Shown in pieces: positions 42,201 to 50,787 of a stretch of DNA of 59,930 nucleotides. The position numbers and the translations under genes are program-made. The notes beneath the pieces are model-generated. The model saw nothing but the letters and a program-made list of their open reading frames with translations. It did no database searches and was not told where the DNA came from. The stretch's first letter is position 1. Every line of letters begins with the position of its first letter. The stretch is from Fibrobacterales bacterium (GTDB taxonomy: Bacteria > Fibrobacterota > Fibrobacteria > Fibrobacterales > JAOPTW01): assembly GCA_051532055.1 (NCBI GenBank), contig JAOPTX010000053.1, forward strand, positions 1 to 59,930. Direction: 5' to 3'.

Positions 42201-42738
42201 CGATATCAAATGCATTATATGTCTCAACAAACCGATTATTTCTCCAACGATCTCTACCGGGAATCGTAAACTCATACCCTTCAGCGCTTTCTCCTTTGAG
42301 TGAGGTAATATCTCTGTTCACATCAGTAAATCTATCAATGTATGCAGAAAACCGAGCATCTCCACCGTTTGACTGTGGTTCTGCAGTAATTAATACGCCA
42401 CGATTTTGAATAATACCGTGCTGGTCGGGCAGACCGCTTTCCAGAATATTAGTATCGAAGTCACCACCATTTGATAATATAGTGGCGAGTGAAAGTTCTC
42501 CCGCTTCTCCAGCAGCGATATCCACTTCTCCTAACAGCCGATTATTGTCTGCCGGCATAGTAATGATCACGGTAATAGCATCACCTAACGAAGCAAATCG
42601 TAAGGCTGCCTGTGTATCATCACCGTGACCATTTTTAAATTCCGGAATTGCAGTCCAATATTGAGTATAGCCAGACTCTTGTGCATTCATTACGGTAGAA
42701 AGTAAAAGTAAAACAATAATCAGTAGTGACTGTTTCAT
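39205..42738 (-). CDS. Large secreted protein with IgGFc-binding-like N-terminal domain, Ig-like repeats and FlgD-Ig-like C-terminus
   Basis: Signal peptide MKQSLL...; DIVATEDNTEITITP, GSIVVSGKPIVV, DQLVP; ICRGETVTLSA; GRLAGAGVY; start reset to 42738. Confidence 0.75.
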   Translation of the reverse strand: MKQSLLIIVLLLLSTVMNAQESGYTQYWTAIPEFKNGHGDDTQAALRFASLGDAITVIITMPADNNRLLGEVDIAAGEAGELSLATILSNGGDFDTNILESGLPDQHGIIQNRGVLITAEPQSNGGDARFSAYIDRFTDVNRDITSLKGESAEGYEFTIPGRDRWRNNRFVETYNAFDIVATEDNTEITITPKNAIIGYPAAESFTITLHRGQSFNASAVSSKASGHVGGSIVVSGKPIVVMFKDDSVTDDGMSGSDALGDQLVPDALAGNQFIVIRGGLTYSDGTTSGETAFITSVNSGTTTIEYNGSEYSLSGRGDIIGIPLTQDANYLSVKETGNVVHVLHGSGSPREIGGNLIPPIVCTGSRDVTLVRTQNNDKNGDRFDMYLITKKQNQNGFKYSLNGTSFQSFLNADFTDVSIPGGDDWVYFSNKSKFRTELDSGNTLRIRNETSGDDGDGLFHLGILEGHNAGNKGGYFSNFASLTGDAGIKNLGQHNYTLACDRAIPLIASGGRSYSWSSPSGHMHMVDSVSPDSQLFTPQSSEGAGPFLFEVTIVGSECDETKTIALSVFVESIDEDFGGDIQTCAGFEVSLNDVSDSDDAYTSIDERYLWTSDELRNDIQVMSPKVTVHEDALFHVAYDDGHCKMEKEIEITMENCGECDVEASEDQSICRGETVTLSAEGRGTFYDWQYEENGTTTTKTEASLEVSPEVTTTYTVRYNNAIKQEASFDWDPDQYCPAQTTVTVLDCLPDPDPVPDPEIIKTEIYDTNEDGTAETIIISFDSPITELLYDITSIDWPREGANNITADKKSVGIIDSLTIRIVLEDAFTTATQPDPVEPPFLTYGKSSVAIEDKIGPMVVESSKHPAQALQYAVKDENGEYTYCRQPDTLMVYLSEEVILPKENWESMFTMYPESGSPYTLSLLEKPEEGDDLYSFKIILDTAVTATIIRIGDRISFSSETEVTDTEGNSAMPVSVEIEGSENSRGHTSSEFRTSVIGVQNSTDPTVSTDLVPVYDLDGDRLDEILYGTAVLGDHWVPPYNYHNNSFGAFVEDEECTDTQELIPFDRDCLASLVIGTFKDQGAYTVSVFVYDHLGQFMHNWTQRFGYCEDFENEERKSQSDLENFFIHDLVWNMQDSHGRLAGAGVYFWRVIIQFESGETIDFTDKMGIVRQEFQCLE

Positions 42739-42799
42739 TGTGTCCTCAACTATTTTAAACTCGGGTACAGAAGGAGTGCATCTCCTGTGATGGTAATAA

Positions 42800-44431
42800 C
42801 TATTTTGGACCTCGCAAATCAAACGATGCTATGATGTCAGATTTAAAAACTTCTATTTCTTCTTTCCATTTATCATAGAAGCTTTCATCTCCAACAAATT
42901 CAGTAACTTCTTTTTTAATTGCGGGATCCAGTACTGCTGCCCAAGTATCAATTTTATCAATGATATACTCTTCATTCATATAGGTTTGATAAAACTCCTT
43001 CTGAAGTACATTGTATTCATCTTCATAATAGGTCATCGTTTTAAAAATATTGTCACAGGCAGCTGAACGTTGTGGTGCAGATCCACCGGTCCCCGGAAAG
43101 ACATCACAATCATCAGTCACCTCATTCCAGTCATCTTGAACCCAGGTGAACTGATTATGGAGATTATTAACATTTACACTGGAAAAAGAGTGATCTAAAT
43201 CCCACGGTATCAGGTGCAGTTTTTTAGAGGTCGGTTCTTGATACCAAAAATAATTATGAGGATAACACAATTCGGCAATACCATTATGACAAAACCATTT
43301 CATCGCTCCATCATCATTTGCGATTGCTCTATCAACAACAATATACCGAAGCATCTTATCTATGGAAGCATAGCGACTGAGAATATCTTTACGATCTTCT
43401 CTGCTCTTTGCACGAGAGAATTGAGTGGTAAATTCAAGCATTGAGGACACATCCGGGGAATCTTCATTTGTCTTAAGACCTTTCACCAGATATTCCTCGG
43501 GCATTACGTCGCCTGCAGAAGTAAGGGGCCAGGTCTCCTTAAATAAATTTCCTTCAGAATCATTTGGAAAATGACGTTCAACAAATTCTTTATCAATCTG
43601 CTCAACATTACCATACAGCCCCATATAGGTATCATTAAAATAGAGTTCAGCATGTGAAGCCCGAGGAGCCGGGATATCAAACTTTCTGAACAGATGATAC
43701 CCAAGCTTATCATGCAGTTTCGTTCCATCTAAGCTAAGCGTATGAAACTGCAGTTTACGCAATCCATAAAAGCGCCCACTATTCCCCTTCCAATTAAATT
43801 TTAATTTAACTGAGCATTTACCTCCATCTATTTTAGGCCCATCAAAATTTTCAAATACTTTAATACATCCAATCCAGCCGCCCACTGAACCTTTATACCG
43901 CACACCAACAGGTTGAATTGTATCACCTTCGAAAACCAGTTTTGCTTCTACATACTCTTCGCGCGTTGGTTGTGCATCAAGAAACTCTAAATCAGCTTTA
44001 TCGATAAGTATCTGATACTTTCTAATGACATCGGACTCAAAAAGGTATGAGGCCTTTTTTTCATCTTCAACAACAATGGTTGAACTTGAGGACACTACTG
44101 AGTGAGACGAAACCCCTAATTGAGAAGAACTCGAAAGCCCACTATCAGATTCACCACTTTCACTACTTGCACTACTCACGTTTTTCTCATTACTACTCAT
44201 ACTACGAGTACTGCTACTCGTATTGCTATTAATCGACTGAGGGTCATTGGTAACAGAGAGATTGTGTGATGATTCTTGATTCGTATCATTTGAATTCTGT
44301 TCATAGGAGGAGTCACTGGTATTTGCAGATTCTCCAGGCACAGTGATATCACTTGGAGTTACATCTGTGCATGACATTAAAAACAACACCATATACATTG
44401 ATACAAATAGTATAAATCTGAATGCAGTCAA
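42800..44431 (-). CDS. CotH-family kinase lipoprotein
   Basis: Lipobox LMSC, Ser-rich linker; VGVRYKG, IPAPRAS, YMGLY.NVEQID, HNYFWY, IPWDLD. Confidence 0.85.
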   Translation of the reverse strand: MTAFRFILFVSMYMVLFLMSCTDVTPSDITVPGESANTSDSSYEQNSNDTNQESSHNLSVTNDPQSINSNTSSSTRSMSSNEKNVSSASSESGESDSGLSSSSQLGVSSHSVVSSSSTIVVEDEKKASYLFESDVIRKYQILIDKADLEFLDAQPTREEYVEAKLVFEGDTIQPVGVRYKGSVGGWIGCIKVFENFDGPKIDGGKCSVKLKFNWKGNSGRFYGLRKLQFHTLSLDGTKLHDKLGYHLFRKFDIPAPRASHAELYFNDTYMGLYGNVEQIDKEFVERHFPNDSEGNLFKETWPLTSAGDVMPEEYLVKGLKTNEDSPDVSSMLEFTTQFSRAKSREDRKDILSRYASIDKMLRYIVVDRAIANDDGAMKWFCHNGIAELCYPHNYFWYQEPTSKKLHLIPWDLDHSFSSVNVNNLHNQFTWVQDDWNEVTDDCDVFPGTGGSAPQRSAACDNIFKTMTYYEDEYNVLQKEFYQTYMNEEYIIDKIDTWAAVLDPAIKKEVTEFVGDESFYDKWKEEIEVFKSDIIASFDLRGPK

Positions 44432-44556
44432 AAGATTTCCTTAATGTGGATAGTACCGTTTTTTGCTCTATGAGCAGTACCGATTATTATAAGGAAAATA
44501 TATACTGTAATTGAGAGAATAGTATGAAAGCGAGTACCTATTTACAATCATTAACA

Positions 44557-44720
44557 CTGGAGAGCATCTTGAGAACAGTGAGATGCTAGCGGTGTTATTT
44601 TACAACCGAGAGGCTGAGCGGTAATGCCTAGTCAACCCATGCAACAATGATTCACATCAAAATACTCAATGATACACCCGGCTTTTACACTGGTTTACTC
44701 TGGAGAACAATCGGAGAACA
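44557..44720 (+). promoter_or_regulatory. Two copies of an 11-bp-period direct repeat, candidate regulator sites
   Basis: GAGAGCA-N4-GAGAACA (44560-44577) and GAGAACA-N4-GAGAACA (44703-44720), both preceded by CTG. Confidence 0.45.
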
Positions 44721-44793
44721 TTTTGTGATTCATTTTGACTAATATGGCAAAATATTTTTTGGTCTATACAGAAGTTCTACTTATATTAGTTCT

Positions 44794-45076
44794 ATAAAAG
44801 AAGAAACATTCCGGAATAATCGATGGGCACATTCTTTAGCAATGCCACCATTGGGTATTGAATAGCTCCGGTGATTCTTCACACTTAGGGACGGGACGAG
44901 AGTGACACACCTCTTGGCATTACAAAAATTACAGAATTAATTTGGGATATTTTCTCTCAAAAATCCAGCATAGAGGACTCCCCCAAAGCAAGCGCAAGTA
45001 CATATATTCATTTTCCCCGATGAGTGTCCCAGTGTGTGCTTGTGCTTGTTTATACTCATTCACCGCAATGAGTATA
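44794..45076 (+). ncRNA. Candidate structured non-coding RNA or leader, family not recognised
   Basis: Series of stems including a 19-bp helix with 4 G-U pairs and no mismatch (44986-45004/45033-45051); upstream TTGGTC-N17-TATATT. Confidence 0.5.
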
Positions 45077-45186
45077 ATACATTCTACCGATAGCTGATCA
45101 AGAAATATTATACAATACAAAAAACGTTTTTCATTTTTAATAATATAGATTCATACCGAGGTACTATTCAAAGTAACTCAAATAGG

Positions 45187-46710
45187 ATGCGTATAATGAC
45201 TCTGTCTACAAAATTTTTGATCGTTCCCTCAGTACTCTGGGGCAGTATACTTTTTATATCTGCATGTAGTGGTGATGCGAATCTTAATCCAGAATCCACT
45301 CTCGAAATATCTAGTTCACACAATGAACATTCTTATTCTTCAGGATTGGATACTGCACTCGACAAATCTTCAGTAGAGGCACTCTCTCAATCGGTATCAA
45401 TTGACGATACAGAGTCACATGCTTCGACACCAATGAGTAGTGACACTACAGAATCAGAGACAACCGCATCGTCGAGCCAAGATACCTCTGAGTCAAATAA
45501 TTCTTCAGAAGAGACGTCATCACAGGATAGTGCCACCCGTTCATCCAACACATCTACTCAGAGTTCTTCTACTGCCCAATCTCTTTCAAGTAGCAGTGAA
45601 CCCACAGCACTCCTTACATCAGACCCGGGAACAGAGCCATGGGTTCTTGTGGCCTCACAAGATGTAGCACGTGAATGTGGATTAGACCCGGATTTATTAG
45701 CCGCAGCAGATATCCAAATTGCGCGATCGTATGCAGTAGTGCGCTTTGGAAAACTGTGTCACGAATATTACCCCAATGGAGAACCCACCGTTGACGAGTT
45801 AACCCATGTGTATTCTGCTTCGAAAACTCTTGCTGCAGTGACCATAGGAACGGTTGCCTATGAAACAAAAGATATTACCACTGATGGCCGTAAAACAGGT
45901 CCCCTCTCTGAGCTCGACCGAGTAGATCATTGGCTCGATGCCAAAGATATCTCATACAACTCAAACGCCTATGTTGAACACCTTCTCGCTATGGTTGCCT
46001 ATAATGATGACCTCAGCCACGGTGCAAAAAGTTTTAGTTATGATGCCGACGGCAGCAGAGAAATCCAAACCCTCGCTACCATTATGGGCACAGCCATTGC
46101 GCAAGACGCAGAAAGACTCGGGAGCAGCGTCAAAGAATTTACTGAGAATTATATTTTTAAACCACTCGGCATGCATCACTCCAAATGGAATAATTCATGG
46201 GGATCAAACTACCCTCCTATGGCCTATGGGTGGAACACCACTGTACGAGATATGGCACGTCTCGGATTACTCATTATTCATGAAGGTGTATGGAATGGTC
46301 AGCGTATTTTAGACGAATCCTGGATATACAAAATGACGCACCCCGCGTTCGAAGATGCTCAAAAATCATATGGATACCTTACCTGGCTCGGTGCATCATG
46401 CGCTCCTTCTCCGATACACACTTCGTACCCTCATGGGTTATCAGAAGCAACAGACTGTGGAAGTTTTTGGGGATGTGATCAAGAGTATGATGTAGGAGTC
46501 TGGAGTGCAATCGGCATGTATGGGCAGATAATTATGGGCCATAAAGGCCTCGATCTCGTATTAGTCGTAAAGGATTATGACCCTAACGACGGTTCTGATT
46601 TATGGGAGGCAGTGCGCCCGGCATTGGTTAGCCATGACTCTGAATACAATGGTGATGAATCTGCATTTTGCGATGAGTATAGTGCCGGAAGGTATGCGCC
46701 CAATTTGTAA
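45187..46710 (+). CDS. Serine hydrolase (beta-lactamase-like) lipoprotein
   Basis: Lipobox ISAC, Ser/Thr linker, SASK (SxxK), IFKPLGM, RDMARLG, YGYLTW. Confidence 0.8.
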   Translation: MRIMTLSTKFLIVPSVLWGSILFISACSGDANLNPESTLEISSSHNEHSYSSGLDTALDKSSVEALSQSVSIDDTESHASTPMSSDTTESETTASSSQDTSESNNSSEETSSQDSATRSSNTSTQSSSTAQSLSSSSEPTALLTSDPGTEPWVLVASQDVARECGLDPDLLAAADIQIARSYAVVRFGKLCHEYYPNGEPTVDELTHVYSASKTLAAVTIGTVAYETKDITTDGRKTGPLSELDRVDHWLDAKDISYNSNAYVEHLLAMVAYNDDLSHGAKSFSYDADGSREIQTLATIMGTAIAQDAERLGSSVKEFTENYIFKPLGMHHSKWNNSWGSNYPPMAYGWNTTVRDMARLGLLIIHEGVWNGQRILDESWIYKMTHPAFEDAQKSYGYLTWLGASCAPSPIHTSYPHGLSEATDCGSFWGCDQEYDVGVWSAIGMYGQIIMGHKGLDLVLVVKDYDPNDGSDLWEAVRPALVSHDSEYNGDESAFCDEYSAGRYAPNL

Positions 46711-46878
46711 TGGTTGAATTGGTTTGTCTCAAGGCCATCTTTAAGAGCCTCCCACTCTCTCCAGTACAATTGCATAACCCTCCAACAGAATCAAGAGTGT
46801 ATTGTAATAGGGATTAATGTTCCTTTATTAAAAAGCGCTTTAAACCTTTTCTACACAGACAGAGCAATATGGTCACAA

Positions 46879-49356
46879 TCAATCCTTAACACACCTTATA
46901 GCATAAAGTGCACCTGAAGGAGTATATTTTCCTGGAAAAGTTGTACCCCTATTTAAACTTCGGTAATATGCACCAGACCCAGATTGAGTCGTCGTAGTAC
47001 TCCACCAATATGCATTGTCCATATCAACTCTCCCAGTCCAGTCGATATCATATCCTTCTAGTCCAGTAAAACCATAATCATCCGTACCAATACAACTATA
47101 ATAATTAGATGATGATGCAACCAAACACCAGCCATATTGAGCCTTGAGTTTGGCACCAACTCCTTGCCAATCATTATCCTTCCCATCCAACAAATCATGT
47201 TCAACGGCAACATAGTTGGCTAATTGATCCCATTCTGAATCACTGGGTAAATGCCATCCTGAAGGACATATGCCAGTAACTCCAGAAGGATTAAGATCAC
47301 TCGACTGCCCCCCATTCATTGCAACATCCCAACGATAAATCATTCCGAGCGCTTTAATATCAAGGTCTCTTATAAAACTATTCCCTCGGATATCACCTGC
47401 TTCAAATCTTAAATTTTCTGCCATCCATACTTGATTTCCAATGCTTACATATTTATAAACCTTACCATCACGACCATCAGTAAAAGTATTGAAACTATTT
47501 CCATTATTAGGCGGTATTGAAAGATACGGAGATACCGTTTCAATACCATTTTGATTAATAGCCTTCACCCGAACATAGAGTGTATCTGTTGACTCTTCTA
47601 CATACACCGGAAACGGCATAGAATAAAAATTCGTTTCGAAGGTAAGGGCTGTATCTATTGAAAAACCTGATGATGTACTTGAATAAATAAATAAGCTGCT
47701 ATTTTTTTCTGAAAGAGCACAGTGTACCTGTGCCAAATAACTCGATATTCTAGTTCCGCTACATTTTAAAAGTTTAGCGCTATCTATAAGCCATTTATCG
47801 TAATATAAGCTATCTCGGAAACTCTTGGGATCAATGTTAAAATTTATATATTGTGAATAGAATATTTTCATTTCATACCCAACATTAAAGTTCCACCAAG
47901 GTACATCAGTCATTCCATGGCTAAATGGGTCTACCAGTACAATTGTATCTCTAGGAAATGATTCAGCAATATTACTCGTTAATTCTGATTTTAAATCCAA
48001 GTAATAGAGAGATACCTCAGAGCTCATACTTTTAATCCCATTGATATATAAATCAAATACGGGCTTAACATAGGATTGAAAAGAAATTGAAGCCGGAACA
48101 GAGTCAATGTGAACACTTACATTGGGCTTCCCTGCACTAAATAAAGTACTTGGGGTAGTAATACTATGAGATACTTCTCCTTGAGCAGTGTAATCACCCA
48201 AAGACCTCAGAATAAAAGTTGATTTATATTCACCACTAAATCCAATATGATACGTTAGTATTGGCACAATACTAATCGGTATAGAGTACTCACTATTTTT
48301 TGAAAGGTTAATTGATATTGGTTTGAAGATAAATTTCCTGAGAGCAAATTCCTCATCTATCAAAGTTCCTGAAACGCCTTCAAAGGTAAGATCAATTGAG
48401 TTATCGAATGAAAACAGAGTATGCGTTTTATACTCAAACCTATCTCTATTAATAGTGAGTTTAAAATCACAAGTAACGCTATTCCTAATGATTCCACGTA
48501 CCCTTTGCTCACTAGTACCTTTAATAAAGGTGTCATCTATTTCTATATCTATTGAATTGACCAGCCCCCCAAATAACTGCAAATATTCCACATCTACAGC
48601 CCATTCATTTTGTTCAGTCAATAGTTTAACGGTATCAATATCTAAAAATGATAATGGGAGTATTGTATCAATTGTAATATTTGTAAAGGTCAGATCTAAT
48701 AGCGCATCTTCAACAGTCACACTGAGAACAGTGTCAGTGCGCACTGCATCTAAAATTTTTAAAAGTTTTCCATAAGGCACAGCATTTGTGGGAGGAAGTA
48801 TGAGCACTTTACCTTTAGAAAACAATGAATCGTTGTAAACTCCAACTCCAACAGTGATGGTTTTCATTGTATCATTATACTCTATCAGATCTTCTACGGA
48901 AAGACTATCTATGAGTATTGTTCCTGGTATTACTTCTAGCATATCATCCAAGTATTTTAATACTTTGATCTCTGCCTTATTTTGTTGTGAAGAAGTACCA
49001 TTATTATTTCCAACTCTCTCTATACCAGTACTACTTACTGTACTGTTACTATGTTCTTTTTTTATCGGGGCACTCCTCGAAGACAGGGCACTCTTTACTG
49101 AAGACGATGTTTGAGTTTTAATTGAGGAAGACAGCGATACAGAATCGACTACAGCTCGACCGGTATTAGTTGAATATGACGTAGAAAGAGAGCTACTTGA
49201 TACAATGTCAGTTTGCAACGTGTCTACTACCATTTCTGAATTTTCAGCGGGAAGATTGGTTTTATTATTAGAACTCCCAAATGGGTTACATGCCAAAATA
49301 CCACTTATGACAATAAGCATAACGATATATTTAAATAAATATTTTTTCATAACCAT
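46879..49356 (-). CDS. FISUMP (Fib_succ_major) domain lipoprotein
   Basis: Lipobox ILAC; FTDGRDGKVY...WMAENL, GICPSGWHLPS..EW, IRCVKD. Confidence 0.88.
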   Translation of the reverse strand: MVMKKYLFKYIVMLIVISGILACNPFGSSNNKTNLPAENSEMVVDTLQTDIVSSSSLSTSYSTNTGRAVVDSVSLSSSIKTQTSSSVKSALSSRSAPIKKEHSNSTVSSTGIERVGNNNGTSSQQNKAEIKVLKYLDDMLEVIPGTILIDSLSVEDLIEYNDTMKTITVGVGVYNDSLFSKGKVLILPPTNAVPYGKLLKILDAVRTDTVLSVTVEDALLDLTFTNITIDTILPLSFLDIDTVKLLTEQNEWAVDVEYLQLFGGLVNSIDIEIDDTFIKGTSEQRVRGIIRNSVTCDFKLTINRDRFEYKTHTLFSFDNSIDLTFEGVSGTLIDEEFALRKFIFKPISINLSKNSEYSIPISIVPILTYHIGFSGEYKSTFILRSLGDYTAQGEVSHSITTPSTLFSAGKPNVSVHIDSVPASISFQSYVKPVFDLYINGIKSMSSEVSLYYLDLKSELTSNIAESFPRDTIVLVDPFSHGMTDVPWWNFNVGYEMKIFYSQYINFNIDPKSFRDSLYYDKWLIDSAKLLKCSGTRISSYLAQVHCALSEKNSSLFIYSSTSSGFSIDTALTFETNFYSMPFPVYVEESTDTLYVRVKAINQNGIETVSPYLSIPPNNGNSFNTFTDGRDGKVYKYVSIGNQVWMAENLRFEAGDIRGNSFIRDLDIKALGMIYRWDVAMNGGQSSDLNPSGVTGICPSGWHLPSDSEWDQLANYVAVEHDLLDGKDNDWQGVGAKLKAQYGWCLVASSSNYYSCIGTDDYGFTGLEGYDIDWTGRVDMDNAYWWSTTTTQSGSGAYYRSLNRGTTFPGKYTPSGALYAIRCVKD

Positions 49357-49690
49357 CCCCTCTACACCTACAAACCAACCACCCCATACACAAATGCATT
49401 GACAAGCTCGTAGATTCCCCTTTCACACTAGAGTAAATATAGATCTTACGTGATGATCGTCAAAAGATTTAAGGGTGGTAGTACCGACCGACACCAATTC
49501 AAGCTTACTGATTGTAAGCACCTCATTTCTCATCATCGAATACGATTGAGACAAAAATGACCAAATGGGTATTGGTGGACTACTGCAGACAACTAGAGAA
49601 GGAGCATTTAAGGAGTTAAGACACACAAATCAATCGCCATTTACTCATTTATATTATATTAAAGGAAGCTCTATTCAAATAAAGTACCGC

Positions 49691-50668
49691 ATGAAATCGA
49701 GAATGCTCTTTACGTTTATCATAGCTTTTATGTTTGTTCAAAGCGTTACCCATGCCAAAAAAATACTTCTTATAGAAAGCTACCATGAAGATTACCAATG
49801 GAGCATAAGTGTCAGAAAAGGCTTACTTAAGGAACTATCACCATCAGATACTCTTATCTCTTTTTGTATGGATACGAAACGCCTCCCTGCTGACCAATTT
49901 CAGAGTCAAGCTGATTCAGCGTGGGCACAGTACGAAAAAACCAACCCTACTTTAGTCGTACTTGCCGATGATAATGCGTTGAAATATTTAGGAGAGCGTT
50001 TGGCAACAACCCGTACTCCTGTGATCTATCTCGGAATCAACAACAACCCACGCAACTATCTCACAAAGAGACATATGAATATTACGGGAGTGCTCGAAAG
50101 ACCACTTCTCAAACGATCTATTCGGTTCTTGTATGATATCTATCCATCAAAGAAAATCTTAATACTTCTCGACTCAGGGCTTACGTCAAACATCATGTTT
50201 CAAGAGGTATTTGACAATACCTACTCTCAAACACTGTTAGGTGCTCAAATCGACGTGGTGAACACCAAAGACTTTTCTCACTGGAAAGAAACTGTCGTAG
50301 GCTCAAAAAAGAAAGGCTACGATGCCATTATACTTGCACTCTACCAGTCATTATTCCATAAGGAGAAGCATATTCCTTCAAATGCCGTTATGGAATGGAT
50401 GCAAGACAATTCTCCCGTTCCCATGTTCGGATTCTGGGATTTTTCTATCAGTAAGAATGGCGCCATTGGAGGCTATGTTTTATTTGGAGAAACTCAGGGA
50501 AGGGCTGCAGGAAAAATGATTGTGAAAATCTTCAACGGAGCACAACCAGGAAGCCTCATTCCCGAAACTCCCGAAAAGGGCACGTTCCTGTTTAGCAGAA
50601 AACAACTCAAGAAATGGAATATCACACTCCCCAAGTACATTTCTGACTCAGCACAATTTATTGACTAA
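49691..50668 (+). CDS. ABC-type substrate-binding-like periplasmic protein
   Basis: Signal peptide, IESYH...W, MDTKR, DDNAL, ITGVLER, GAIGGYV; start reset to ATG 49691. Confidence 0.75.
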   Translation: MKSRMLFTFIIAFMFVQSVTHAKKILLIESYHEDYQWSISVRKGLLKELSPSDTLISFCMDTKRLPADQFQSQADSAWAQYEKTNPTLVVLADDNALKYLGERLATTRTPVIYLGINNNPRNYLTKRHMNITGVLERPLLKRSIRFLYDIYPSKKILILLDSGLTSNIMFQEVFDNTYSQTLLGAQIDVVNTKDFSHWKETVVGSKKKGYDAIILALYQSLFHKEKHIPSNAVMEWMQDNSPVPMFGFWDFSISKNGAIGGYVLFGETQGRAAGKMIVKIFNGAQPGSLIPETPEKGTFLFSRKQLKKWNITLPKYISDSAQFID

Positions 50669-50787
50669 CTTGAGATGGATCACTGACATACGTTCGATTG
50701 CAAAACCGATCACCTTTATTTAAGGGGTTACTGTCTTTCGCTGGCTTATGGTCTATGAGCAATACATTCAAATGCATATATTAAATA

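Noticed and set aside
44929..45120. 63-aa minus-strand ORF over the structured region
   Set aside because: Non-ATG start and no motif; the G-U pattern favours a plus-strand RNA, though a small antisense peptide is not strictly excluded
49357..49690. Upstream extension of the 49565 ORF and the 49423-49626 ORF
   Set aside because: The signal peptide begins at 49691; the upstream frames show no recognisable protein features
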